From: Naegleria gruberi
Lineage: Eukaryota
Length of the DNA stretch: 64,000 nt
Reading direction: 5' to 3' (one strand)
NCBI GenBank assembly: GCA_000004985.1
Contig: GG738902.1
Shown here: in pieces, positions 44,760 to 56,540 of the stretch
Layout of the letters: each line of letters opens with the position of its first letter
Position numbering within the stretch: the first letter of the stretch is position 1
The notes under the pieces: model-generated
Database searches by the model: none
Seen by the model: only the letters and a program-made list of their open reading frames with translations
Told to the model about the DNA's origin: nothing
Translations under genes and position numbers: made by a program

Positions 44760-45115
44760 TATTTATTAAATTACATAATTCTCAATAATGACTATGGAGA
44801 ATTTTACAAATTCCAGTAATCGAGCATTGCTATCTCAAAGATTAGTTTTGCAAACCGTTGAAATTCGAATTGTATTCCATTTCCTTTAAATAATTCAATT
44901 TTATAAAAATTCAAAATCTATTTTAGATTTCAATTTTTAATTTCATAAAAATATCGCAACCGAACTATCGTTCTTCACCACAAGGGATAACGATTTAAAT
45001 TTTTCATCATCAAATTACATTTACAGGAGGAATTTTATTATAGCACATTGGAGATTGTGGAATTTTGTATAATACGATCAAGTTGTTAAAATAATAATAA
45101 TAATTAACGAACAAA

Positions 45116-45799
45116 ATGAGTGAATTATTCCGTAGTTATGAAGATGAATATTTCGAAGCCTCCAACGGAATTAAACGTTCTTTGGCCGAGTTGAAGAGTG
45201 TATCTGGAGATGCCAAGAAGAGAGTTGTTCGTAAAATCGAAAAGGATCTCGACACTGCAAACAAACAAATTAAACAAATGAACCTTGAAATGACAAGTAC
45301 TGCCAATCCTCAAGAAAAGGAAAATTTAAAGAAAAAGTTAAAGACATATGGACAAGATTTAACCAATCTTAAAAAGGAATTTGAAGGAGCCAAATCAGAT
45401 AACAATAGAAATAGAGATGCTCTATTCTCTGGAGGCTATGATGATGATCTTCCATCAGCAAGTGATGATTACAGAAATAGACTAGTTCAATCTACTCAAG
45501 TATTGGAAAGATCAAATGAAACTTTGGATCGTGCCAGTAAAATTCTCGATGAGACTGAACAAATGGGTGTTGAAACAGCAGGTACATTGAGAGAACAAGG
45601 AGAACGTATGAAAAAGACTCGTGACAAACTCTATGATGTTGATTCTCAAATCAAACAAGGTGGTAGAATTCTTGGAAGAATGTCAAGACGAGAAGTTTTG
45701 ATCAAGGTCATTATCATTGCTGTCATTCTCTTCTTATTGCTCATTATTGGTATCATTTTATTCTTTATTTTCTATGGTATCTTTAAGCCATCCAAATAA
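45116..45799 (+). CDS. VTI1: Qb-SNARE Vti1 (Vti1_N helical bundle, SNARE motif, C-terminal TM anchor)
   Basis: 227-aa single ORF beginning MSELFRSYEDEYFE. It has a heptad SNARE motif with a central Q (..LREQGERMKKTRDKL..) and a hydrophobic C-terminal anchor. Confidence 0.85.
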   Translation: MSELFRSYEDEYFEASNGIKRSLAELKSVSGDAKKRVVRKIEKDLDTANKQIKQMNLEMTSTANPQEKENLKKKLKTYGQDLTNLKKEFEGAKSDNNRNRDALFSGGYDDDLPSASDDYRNRLVQSTQVLERSNETLDRASKILDETEQMGVETAGTLREQGERMKKTRDKLYDVDSQIKQGGRILGRMSRREVLIKVIIIAVILFLLLIIGIILFFIFYGIFKPSK

Positions 45800-45903
45800 A
45801 TTGTCAAATATTAATTTTCTTAATCAATATCAGAATTTTTGGATCAATACCAGAATTGATAAATTACAACAAAATTCATGACATAAATAAAAACATAAAA
45901 AAA

Positions 45904-46970
45904 ATGCGTGAAGTTGGTATGTAGAGAGACAATTTTTCGATTCCTATCTAATCACAAATTTAGGTCTTGTTTTTGAATGTCTTCATTGTGAGACATATTT
46001 TGTAAATACTGTAAAATTAATTGATTTGAGTGAAAATAGAGGAAAAAAGAGGGATCTCTTGACTGACACCTATATTTCCCTTCAAAAACATTATGAGGAT
46101 TTTCGGAATAGATATCAACTCTGTGTTTGTCCCACATGTAATGAATTAATTTATCAATCAAAGTATCAGGATTTGGATCAGAATTGTATTTTGAGTTTGT
46201 GTAGAGTTTTCAAATTTTTAAAGGAGGATGATTTACAAGAATTGTCTTCAAATTCTTCTGCAAATAATACGAATGGTGGAATTGGAGGTAGTGATAACAA
46301 TGTAGGAAGCAGTGCATCACATGCCTCTTCTTCTACTGATGAAACAAATACCACTAATAATGAATCATCATTTATGGACCTATTTGAAATATCAAACAAG
46401 GACATTTTGAAAGGATATGAAATGGAAAAATCAAATGGTAAAAAGCAACATGGAAAAAAGTCAAAGGAAGAAAAGAAGGGAGAAGAGCATGATCCTGATA
46501 TTCATGTTCCACTCTATATGGATGTTGGAACCAATGCAGGAGAATCTCAAAAAAAACAAAAGTGGGAATTAGTATTTGGTGTTGGGCCTGCTAGATTGGA
46601 GTTGGATTCATCAAGGTCTGGAAGAATTTACAAACCATCATTGAGATCACTAAACTTACCTCACATCTCAACCAGTCTGTACAAACTTCCAGAAAATGTC
46701 ATTACTTCTGATATTCAATCTCAATGTGAAAAAATTGTTGAACTTGTTCAAGGATTGGATGAACAGGCCTTGACAGATTTAATACTCAATGTACTTGTTA
46801 AAAAGATTCCACTCTATGAGCATTTTGATGAAATTTCAGAGCTCATCACTGAACAACTATCCTCCATCAGACACATTAGAGAAATTGAAAAACAAGAAGA
46901 AATGGAACTTGCAAGACATTACAAGGGTAAAACTCTAACAGACATTCTCTCTAAAAAATCAAAACAGTAA
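45904..46970 (+). CDS. Hypothetical protein with N-terminal paired Cys motifs (zinc-ribbon-like); 13-nt first exon
   Basis: Exon 1 is 45904..45916 (ATGCGTGAAGTTG). It is followed by a GTATGT donor and a 47-nt intron with a CTAAT branch and a TTTAG acceptor. Exon 2 is 45964..46970, in frame (MREV/G/LVFECLHCETYF...YQLCVCPTCNEL...). The long ORF has no in-frame ATG upstream of 46026 without this splice. Confidence 0.5.
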
Positions 46971-47163
46971 CACTCAAAAAATTAAATCATTTCCAACCTC
47001 TTCTCTTCACCAGTGAAAACACGTTTTCATTCCAATCAAATTCCAACCATATCAATTCTATTTAGTTGTTCACGTTGCTCTTTTCATTATCTATTTTTAT
47101 TCTTAAAAAAAATACAAGTCAAGCCTTTGATTTCTACAGTGTGTGATTTTGTTCGGAATCAGA

Positions 47164-50100
47164 ATGCAAAGTCAGAACATGTTTGAGTCTTCTTCGGCTC
47201 CACCTTTGGAGACCAATTATAATAATAATGATGATAACAATAATCAAAATCCACTCTCTATTAGTATGCAGCTATCGGAAATGGCTAATCACATAGTAAA
47301 TCCAAAATATAATATGATACATGCAAGTGTGGAGACTGATCATGCGAGAGAATATAAATTATTGGTCGAAAAGAGAAAATCAATGGCTGGTGCAATTGAT
47401 GTTGGAGGTGCTAAAGGAAATAATGGACAAAACGGAAGACCAGGTAAGAATGGAAGACCTGGAAGAGCTGGAACAACTCGAAGTGAAAGTAAAATTGGAG
47501 ATCGAGGTGAAAATGGAGAACATGGTACAAATGGTGAAGATGGTTATCATGCAGAGAATGGTAGAGATGGTGATGTATTGAATATTCTATTGGATCGATC
47601 ATCTCATCCACAAGAGTTATTTGTTAAATATTCGAGAGAACAATTGAGAGCAAATTATATTCAAAGCCAGAGATATGGATATAATGCAAATATTATTGAT
47701 GAACACAGATTTAATTCCAGTTCAAGATTTCCTCTCAATTCTCCAAATGAGTTTGTCTTGTTTAAATCAAATGGAGGTGACGGTGGAGATGGAGGTAATG
47801 GTGGTATGTAGTAACTTTCATTTGAAATTTGGAATTAACAACTTCATCAATAGGTCACGGAGGAAATGGTGGTAGTGGTGGAAATGGATCTAATGGTACT
47901 GAACAAGGAGGAGATGGTGGTGATGGAGGTAATGGTGGAGATGGTGGCAGGTAAGTTTTGAATTTAAAATATATTTACAATTTGTAAAGAGCAAGTTATG
48001 GAGGTCATGGAGGTAGTGCAGGTTTAATTTTCATTAATGTAAGTGATAGGATGAATAGAGTTGTTGTAAATTTATTATTATAGACCTATGATCCAAGATT
48101 ACTTGTGTTGACAAGATCAGAAACTCATGGAGGAAGAGGAGGTAAAATTGTAAGTGTATAAATTCTTTAACCTATTTACTTTAACTTTACAATAGGGTAT
48201 TTGTGGAGAGTTTGGTGTTGGTGGTAAAGGAGGATCAGCTGGAAAGTAAGTTTTGTATTTTTGAATTTAATTTGTAATTGAATTTGTAAAGGGGTTTACT
48301 CAAGATGGGAAGACATGGCAGACAGGGCTCAAATGGTACAAAACAACAAACCAACATTGCACACGAGTCACAAAATGGAAGCGATGGTGTAACTGTTTAT
48401 AGAGTTCTTGATTTCCGTACTAATCAGATAATGTTTGAAGGACAAAAGTCTTTTACAGCAAGAATTCTTTCATTTGATGTTGAGGCTAATGATGACGATG
48501 GAGTTTTTGAACCTGGCGAAGATATTACATTGAAAAATTTCAAAATCCACAACGATGGAGATATTCCTCTTCCTGCTGGATCAATTCTTCGTATTGCTTA
48601 CGATCCAAATGGATTTATTTTCAGCGAAGATCAATATATTCTTCCTGAGATTGGTCCAAAACAAACACTCAACTTGACAAATACTGCCTTAACCGCTAAA
48701 ATTTTACCAAATGCTTTGAAAACCTCAGAGCTTTCTAAAAACATTTCTCTCAATGTTCAAGTTGACTTGTTTGATAGAATTTTTGAGGAATCAATTATGG
48801 GATGTACCATTCTTGTTCAATATCCAATCAATATTACAAATATTGATTATTTAAAGCAAATGGGAAGAGGAGATTCTTCAGATATCATTATTTCATTCAC
48901 AAATTTGAGTAAGAGACCATATCAATTTGTGTATAATGTCATTACACATGATCAACTTTTCCTTGTAGAGACTGAACAAAGGACAATTTCATTAATGTCA
49001 CAAATCAAACCAGAAAACATCAACATGCATCCACATTCTGTAATATTAGGCTATTGTTCTGAATTTTATCAAAAACAACAAATGGAAATAGAATTGATAT
49101 ATAAGGACACAGTTATTCAAAAAGTCAGCAAATCCATACAAGCAGTCCCTCACTTCAATCCAACTGTAATAGACAGCACAGATGTGTTACTAATTACAAA
49201 TAATACCTTTAGAAGAGAAGATTTCAAGGCATTTTCTGAAATATTCCAACTTTTAAATATCAGAGCTAATTTTTGGGATCTTGATTTTTACAAAGGGATT
49301 TCATATCAAGAAGATACACGAGCTAGACATACCATTTCATGTGTCGATAAGTATAGAGGAAAGCTGATTATTTTATGTGCTAAAAACATGGATGATGTAC
49401 AAAAGTTTATGCCTATGGATCTTATTTATCATTTTGGCCAATATGAAGCTGATCAAGTATTGGCTGCTGACTTTAAGTACAATAGTGGTCTTTTGGTATT
49501 GACACCTGAATTACCAAAGCAGGAGGAAATGAAGAAAATTCTTGGGGACTCTCATGTTGCTGCTCATGTCACTGAATTTGATTCTGACAAGCAATTTTGT
49601 GGATATTACAAATTACTCTATCCTACCCAAAAGGATGTTGAAGAAAAATGCAAAGAATTGGAGATGGAAAAGGAAAAGAATTCCCTTGAGAGATATGTTG
49701 TAAATGTTGACACTTTAGAAATCAAGCAAGTTAAGAGTGATTCTTGGGTTTCATGGAAGTATTCATACGGAAAGGCCTCAATGTTCAAGTTGAATGTAAA
49801 TATTTTCCAAACACTTGTTGGACTCGCATTCAATAGCGAAACAAACTTTGATGATTTTGGAATATTTTCAGATCAATCAACAGGCGAAATTATTGATAAC
49901 CCAACCGTAATTGAACTATTGAAGAATAGGAGGAATACTTTACATTTTAACTTACTCTATTCTATTGCTTATAGTTTGGGATTGGAATCCAAATTACAAG
50001 TTTTACAAGAATTGGATGGTAAAACTGAAACTTCCAGACTCATCAGAGACCTGATTAGATGGACATTATTTGAATCCGTGAAGAGAGAGACTAGACTTGG

Positions 50101-50467
50101 TAGTGGAGTATCTCCAACATTGGAAAGATTAGTTCATACACTTGTACATAAGCCACACTTAATTTGTGAAACTACACTCACCACAGTCATTCATATTTTC
50201 GAAAGAGCTAGTAGTTTCACGTATTATGGTAGTTTTGTTCCATCCTCTTTGAGCTTTGGTTACAAATTCAAAGAAAAGAGAAATGAAATTATCAAATTGA
50301 GTGAAACAGCTGATGTAGAGTTGAGAAGGGCTGGCCTAGAGGCAATCAACAATCAAACTATTCAATATTTCGATATAGATAACACCATTTTAAAGGCAAA
50401 GTCAGAGATCTCTACAACAGAGTTCCCTAAATTGAGGGACGTAGCTTTGACTTATCTTATTGAGTAA
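47164..50467 (+). CDS. Large protein with short collagen-like G-X-Y tracts and glycine-rich (GGxGG) repeats, plus a ~720-aa C-terminal domain of unknown function (six exons)
   Basis: Exons are 47164..47803, 47854..47950, 47990..48038, 48084..48149, 48196..48245 and 48292..50467. Introns are 50, 39, 45, 46 and 46 nt. Donors are GTATGT at the first junction and GTAAGT at the other four. G-X-Y runs include GAKGNNGQNGRPGKNGRPGRAGTT and GDRGENGEHGTNGEDG. The frame is continuous across all junctions into the MGRHGRQGSNG... ORF. Confidence 0.55.
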
Positions 50468-50478
50468 TAAACAAATAT

Positions 50479-51738
50479 TTATTCGTTTTGAATTTCCAAA
50501 TCATGAAGCCATTCTTCATATATTGAAGGATTATCCAACAAGTCAAAGTTATTAGGGTGAATGTATTCTAGTAAAACTCTTCCAGTAGTAAGGTTTAACA
50601 AATACAATCTTGGTATGGTTCTATCAGGGTTTAAAGCTTTTGTTAGTGCCAAGTTAGCTTTTGCACTATCAAAGGGCAATGCATAGAAACCCATATCCAT
50701 TTGTTTCATGTGAAAGAAAACTCTTCCTTCGTTCAATTCATTCGAAACTATTACAAACTCGATAGCTTCCAGACCGTAATCTGCCTTAATTCCATAGTAG
50801 AAATCCACAACTTTGTGGATGTATTCTTTTTGTTTCTGTAACTTCCAACCAACAGTCCATGATGGTGCAAATAAAATTCCCACAATCTTTTTATCTGTCA
50901 ATGTCTCTAACACCTTTGACACTTTCTTCTCTCTAGATACCAAATCAGTTTTTGGAAATAATAAATTAATATTAAGCTCAACATCATCCATAAAAGTTCC
51001 ATCAATTATTCTGTATTTTTTGGTGTCTCCTAGTTTTTCTCTCCATTCATTAAATAATTTCATAACTGGCTCAATATTTCCATCAGACTTGTTGTCAATA
51101 TTAAGGGCTTCCATCTCTCGTAATTCAGAAAGGCTTGGGCCTTTCATTATTTCAAACTTGTTATCCTCGAATTTCCAAGGGTTAAACAACAACAGTTCTG
51201 GCTCTTGACTTCTTGTTGAATATGATATTCCAAGTTTCGGAGCTACAGATCTTAGTAGTCTGATATTATTCGATGCATTATAAAATTGATACCAAGGTAA
51301 TTGGAAATTTGTAATAGGCAGTCTATTTCTTGATCCTAAATCAGGAGGAAACTGCACCATATCAATAGATCGGCTTCCATATTGTTGATGTATTATTTTG
51401 AAGAGTTTTTCAACCTTTTCATGAAATTCCATATGATGTTCGATATCCAAGTTTAGCCTTTACATATATTTTGTATAAAGCATAAACATTAATCATTCAA
51501 CCTACCTCAAAACACCAATTAACCTCGACTTGTTGCACACATCTTCAATAGGTTTGATTATTCTCTTGACCTCCTTCTTTTCTACTGTAACAAACTTTAT
51601 CATCATTCCGGAAAAAACACTCCTCAAATACTCTTGATTCTTCCCCAACATGACCTTCTTTTGAGTCCTACTTCTAGCCATCTCTTCATAATCAATCACA
51701 GGCTCATAAGGTTTTTCATTCTTGAATAAGTCTCTCAT
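50479..51738 (-). CDS. Hypothetical protein (two exons)
   Basis: Exons (minus strand) are 51738..51506 and 51457..50479. The 48-nt intron has a GTAGGT donor and an AAAG acceptor, and the frame is continuous (..SRLIGVL/R/LNLDIEHHMEF..). No family recognised. Confidence 0.4.
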
Positions 51739-52162
51739 TTTTTTCTGTAATTTTTGTTTTTCGAGAAGAGGCTGCTTTTTTGTCCATAGGTATTACTGTC
51801 TTGAAGTGTGCTTCAGTGCCTTCATTATGAACAATAAAGGAGATGAACACTGAAAAAAAACTGGTGCAGCCTCAATAAAGTATTACTTGTTAAAATGAGA
51901 GGAAGAGAGAAATCGGAATGTATTATTATAATCAACAAGAATTGTAATGGATTTTAAGGTTTTTTTGGAAAGCTATTTTGTAAAGGATGTATAAGAAGAG
52001 AGGTGGATGAGTAGAAATGGTGAGAGCTATTGATTCTTAACAATGAATAGTTTTGAAGAAATAGGTTTTATTAACCATAGAACCTTCAAGTAATTTTCCC
52101 GCCCAATTCCCTGATTCATATTACCGTTAAAAACTGTTCCTTAATAATTTAAATTATAAAAA

Positions 52163-53839
52163 ATGATTAAAAATGTCCAGCCTCATTCTAGAGAGTTCAT
52201 GTCCTCTCCTCCGAGAAGGTACTCGTCATTGTATGCCAATAATGGGACAGTTACATCGGTATCATCATCACTGTCCTCAATAAGACCAGACTCACCAAGA
52301 TATAGCACTAATAACATCACAACAACAACAAGTGTTGAATTAATTACTCCTGTAAAAGCCTTCATACCCAAAATTATTCTTAAAAAGAAGGTTCCTGAGA
52401 CTTTTTGTCCTCCAAAGAGAAAAGGGCACTCAATGACTTTTTGGAATAATAGATTATATTTATTCGGAGGTTATCAAGGAGGACATTCAAACGATCTATG
52501 GTTTTTGGAAGGAAATAAGTGGAAAAAATTGGATGTTCAGGGTGTGTTACCTGTAAAACGTTCAAATCATTCTTCGGCAATGTATAGAAATCATCTTATT
52601 GTTTTTGGAGGTGATAAGGGAACGGATTTAATGAATGATATGTGGATTATAGATCTTTCAAAACCAGAGTCGGATATGAGATGGAGAAAAGTAATCCCAA
52701 AGAACCAGCCACCAAAAGTTAGATATGCTCATTGCTCATGCATTTTGAATGAAAAATTAATGTTATTTGGAGGATATTCAACTTCCTATCTGAATGATCT
52801 ATATGAATTTGATTTTAAAACTTTATTATGGTCCCCAATAAGTGTTAACGATGCTCCTCCAGAGAGGTGTCACTTTACAATGACAGCCATACCCGAGTGT
52901 AGCTCATTATTAGTGTATGGTGGTTCAAATGGAGAAAATAATTTGAATGATGTTTGGGTTTTCAATCGATCATTTTGCACATGGTCTTTGTTGCAAATGA
53001 ATACTGATGTTGGTTGGCAAAAGGGCATTAAACCATGCCCAAGATCCAAACATGCTTGTACTAAAATATCTAGGGATACACTTTTAATACATGGAGGTAA
53101 TGTGAGTCCTTCTAAGGATAATAATATTTGGATGCTAAAGCTCACAGGGTTTTACGAAGACAAGAGGTCACTAGGAGTAGAATGGAAAAAGTTAGAATTC
53201 TTAGCTGCGGATGGTTTTTGCATTCGAGAAGCTCACTCTATGAATACAGTTGAGACTGATATTGTGATATTTGGAGGTTTTGCACCACATGTGGAAGGTC
53301 ATTATAGAAACGATACTTGGTGGGGAGACATTTCCTCACTGTTGGAAAATTCATTTGAGGAACCTGAGGAAACAGACGAGGAAGAAGCTGAACCAAAGCT
53401 GGTTGACAATGAAATTGAACAAGAAATTCTCAATAGAATCAATGAAGCTATGGGAAGAGAAAAGCCAATCAACAAAGGTTCTGAGTTTGATTCGGCAGAC
53501 ATTTTTGAAAAGATGGAACTTTACACACCAAGAAAAGTGGAAGGCCTTAAGAGATCAACAACTCCAGATAGAAACGCAAGCCCAGATAAGAAAATCTTAG
53601 AAACACCAAAGAGAACTAACTCGCCAAAACGAGGAAGTACCACACCACAAGAAACAACAACTCCAAAGAATTCAGATTCCACATCTCAAAAAGTAAATAT
53701 TTTAGAAAAATTGGTGGTTGAATTAAGTGAAACAGTTCAACAATTAACAATTTCTCTTTCAACGGAAACAAAGAGAAGGATATCAATGGAACGTGAAATT
53801 GAAATGATAAAGTTCTTACTGGAGCAAGAAAAAAAATAA
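52163..53839 (+). CDS. Kelch-repeat (six-blade beta-propeller) protein with S/T/P-rich and coiled-coil C-terminus
   Basis: 558-aa ORF. It has repeated Kelch signatures (..LYLFGGY..NDLW.., ..LIVFGGD..NDMWI.., ..LMLFGGYS..NDLYEFD.., ..LLVYGGSNG..NDVWVF..). The C-terminal region is acidic, TP-rich and heptad-rich. Confidence 0.75.
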   Translation: MIKNVQPHSREFMSSPPRRYSSLYANNGTVTSVSSSLSSIRPDSPRYSTNNITTTTSVELITPVKAFIPKIILKKKVPETFCPPKRKGHSMTFWNNRLYLFGGYQGGHSNDLWFLEGNKWKKLDVQGVLPVKRSNHSSAMYRNHLIVFGGDKGTDLMNDMWIIDLSKPESDMRWRKVIPKNQPPKVRYAHCSCILNEKLMLFGGYSTSYLNDLYEFDFKTLLWSPISVNDAPPERCHFTMTAIPECSSLLVYGGSNGENNLNDVWVFNRSFCTWSLLQMNTDVGWQKGIKPCPRSKHACTKISRDTLLIHGGNVSPSKDNNIWMLKLTGFYEDKRSLGVEWKKLEFLAADGFCIREAHSMNTVETDIVIFGGFAPHVEGHYRNDTWWGDISSLLENSFEEPEETDEEEAEPKLVDNEIEQEILNRINEAMGREKPINKGSEFDSADIFEKMELYTPRKVEGLKRSTTPDRNASPDKKILETPKRTNSPKRGSTTPQETTTPKNSDSTSQKVNILEKLVVELSETVQQLTISLSTETKRRISMEREIEMIKFLLEQEKK

Positions 53840-53842
53840 AAA

Positions 53843-55195
53843 ATGAAAAAATTCAAACAAATGTTCAATAGAAAGAAACCAGGTACTATCATTCCGCTTC
53901 ATGATCTATCATCTAATATCCAACAAGATGAAGATGAATCTAATTTGTATTCGGAAATAAAAAGTAGTAATCATAATTTCAAGGAAGTGGATTGGTTCGA
54001 AGACTTGGATCAAAAGAATAATTTTAATAATAATAATAATTGGAATGTTGATGAGGAGACTTTTAATTTGGATTATATTAACGAAGAAAATATTAAAGAG
54101 GATATTACTCCTATCATAACAGTGACCAACGATCATGGTGATGATGAAATTACTTTAGCGTACTATCAATCTAAAGATGATCAAAGTGATAATACAAGCA
54201 ATGACGATGATGAAGAATTAGATTTAGAACAGGAATTTGAAATCATTCCAAACTCAAGTCTTCCAAAGTTGGAGAGAATGAATTCACTAAAGGAGTGGAA
54301 TGCATCCTCAAAACCATTCTTAAATCAAGATACCTTTTTCTGTATATATGTATATTTAGAGGACGTGTTTGATATTTTGAGACTTTCTCAAGTATGTCAA
54401 GCAAGTAATGCAGCATTTAGAGATCCTTACTTGTGGAGAAATGAAATTAAGAAGAGAACAATCACCTCAATGAATCTCTATCCAGAATTAAATAATTCAG
54501 TGGTTGATGAGAAATCTGGAAAACAAGAAAGAATGGATGTGATTTATAAATACTGTAGATTATTAATGGATAACAAAATGGATGGAATTAGACGTTTTGA
54601 CGGCATAAGGAAGGCACAAAAAACATCTGAGATTGCCAATATTGAAAAACAAAAACAAGCAATCAAAGATTCTGAACAAAAACTACTTGGATTAATAGCT
54701 TTAACGGTTGTATCTTTCCTATTGGGGTTAGATTTCCTCAGACTAATTATGAGAATGATTGCTTATTTAATTTACTTTGTTGCAAGTTTTGTTGTACCAA
54801 TAATTATTTGGTATTACTATTCAAGTGCTTCACAAAGAAAAGAAAAAGGTATTGCTTTCAAACGTTACGGCCTTCCAATTTGCTTTTTCAGCGCAGCTGT
54901 ATTCATATCTCAGTTCTCATTTGTAAATACTATCATTATGATTGCATGTACCTTATTTACTGGATATTTGAGTGGTCACCTAATTGTGGAAAGGAGAGTT
55001 AAAAAACAATATGTAGCACTGAACGAAAACATTAGTTCTATCAGGAGAGAGATTGATTGTCTAGAGAAGGAAACCTCAGAGAAAGTAGAGCAATTAATGA
55101 AAATTTCTCGAAAAATACCATTAGGATACAGACCAACCACCAATAGACGAGAAAGTCCACCAGCTGCCTCTAACAATATCTGTATGATTCAATAA
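53843..55195 (+). CDS. F-box-like protein with C-terminal transmembrane segments
   Basis: 450-aa ORF with an F-box-like FFCIYVYLEDVFDILRLSQVCQASNAAFRDPYLWRN. Three hydrophobic helices lie near residues 290-390. The ATG is only 3 nt after the upstream gene's stop, and in the same frame. Confidence 0.45.
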   Translation: MKKFKQMFNRKKPGTIIPLHDLSSNIQQDEDESNLYSEIKSSNHNFKEVDWFEDLDQKNNFNNNNNWNVDEETFNLDYINEENIKEDITPIITVTNDHGDDEITLAYYQSKDDQSDNTSNDDDEELDLEQEFEIIPNSSLPKLERMNSLKEWNASSKPFLNQDTFFCIYVYLEDVFDILRLSQVCQASNAAFRDPYLWRNEIKKRTITSMNLYPELNNSVVDEKSGKQERMDVIYKYCRLLMDNKMDGIRRFDGIRKAQKTSEIANIEKQKQAIKDSEQKLLGLIALTVVSFLLGLDFLRLIMRMIAYLIYFVASFVVPIIIWYYYSSASQRKEKGIAFKRYGLPICFFSAAVFISQFSFVNTIIMIACTLFTGYLSGHLIVERRVKKQYVALNENISSIRREIDCLEKETSEKVEQLMKISRKIPLGYRPTTNRRESPPAASNNICMIQ

Positions 55196-55262
55196 CAAAT
55201 TATTATTTTATTATTCAATAACAACATCCAGTTTTTAAAAGACTTTGTCAATTACAAAAAAA

Positions 55263-56495
55263 ATGTCTCAAGTCCCACTTACCATTCTACCTCCGTTTGC
55301 TGTTGTCAGTGAAAAAGATCCTATCAATGGCCAAATGTATGAATTCCAATCAATTACCAAGATGGCAACATACTCTTCCTATTCTTTCGAAAAGCTTCGA
55401 TATGAAGACTATATGGGAAAGAAGAAACAAAAAATAGAAACAACAACATCATCGGATCAGGAAATTGCCACAGAATTATTTCAAAGATATGACATTAAAG
55501 CAGACCAAAATGATGATCAATCTATTATTAATGGAAATGTATCATCGGGAAGGAATTCCTATCTTTCTCTGAATATTAGTAGTATTTATTTTAATATTAT
55601 GAGTGGTGATGATTCAGTTGAGAAGAGATCAAGTGATGTGGCTATCGTAATGGCAGATTCAAAGGTATTATGTCACAAAATAATACTCTTGTGTAGATCA
55701 CCTGTATTTAAGAAATTATTTGAAATGTATCCTGATTGTAAACTTATTTCCATTCCATCTATCAAAAAGCCAATTATGGAAGTATTAATACAGTATATTT
55801 ATACTGGACAGATTGATAATGAACATTTAATTATTCATGATTATGTAATAGATGTGTTTGAGGCTGCAATTTTATTACAAATGAAACCCTTAATAGAAGT
55901 TCTAGCTAAAATTGTTTCATCAACAACTAGAAATGTATATTTAAGCGCCAAGATATGGACCTGGACCAATAAGATGTATTCTCAAAAAGCATCAAAGAAT
56001 ATTTTCGATAATTATTTCTTAATTGATGAAATTTCAGCAAATATTACATTGGAAGATTCATCAACAGGACTCGATGATTTAATTTCAGATCTTCACACTA
56101 AAACAAAGAACTTGTACTTGGAAAGTTTTGGAATGGAAATTGAAAAATCAACAAATTATTTAGAGGAACAAGGTCCAAACTTTTTGGAAATTCTTTTCAG
56201 ACTGCTTGAGGAACCTGATACCAATTCTTTACTTTCTAAGGATGCTACATCAAGTAAGTAGTCTTTAAAAATTCTTTTCTTACAAACAACATTAGAAATA
56301 TTGAAATGGACTGCCAATATCAAGATTAGTACAGCTCAGAAAAGACAATTAATTAAAAAACTTGCAAAAGGTGGATCATTAATTCCAGTAACAATTACAA
56401 CAACATGTTGGGTTGACATTATTCCAATTATAGTTAATGACAGCTCAACTGATGAATGTGTTGAGTTTTTCTTTGAGTGTTGCGTTCAAGAATAA
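55263..56495 (+). CDS. BTB/POZ-domain protein; possible short 3' exon
   Basis: ATG at 55263. The BTB core is SDVAIVMADSKVLCHKIILLCRSPVFKKLF...IMEVLIQYIYTGQI. The ORF stops at 56261 if unspliced. An alternative model uses a GTAAGT donor at 56254, a 42-nt intron and an acceptor ..CATTAG, with a second exon 56296..56495 in frame and no stops. That 3' exon is uncertain. Confidence 0.5.
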
Positions 56496-56540
56496 ATATT
56501 AATATTTGAATTATTCAAAATTATTTAAATGTTTTTAAAT

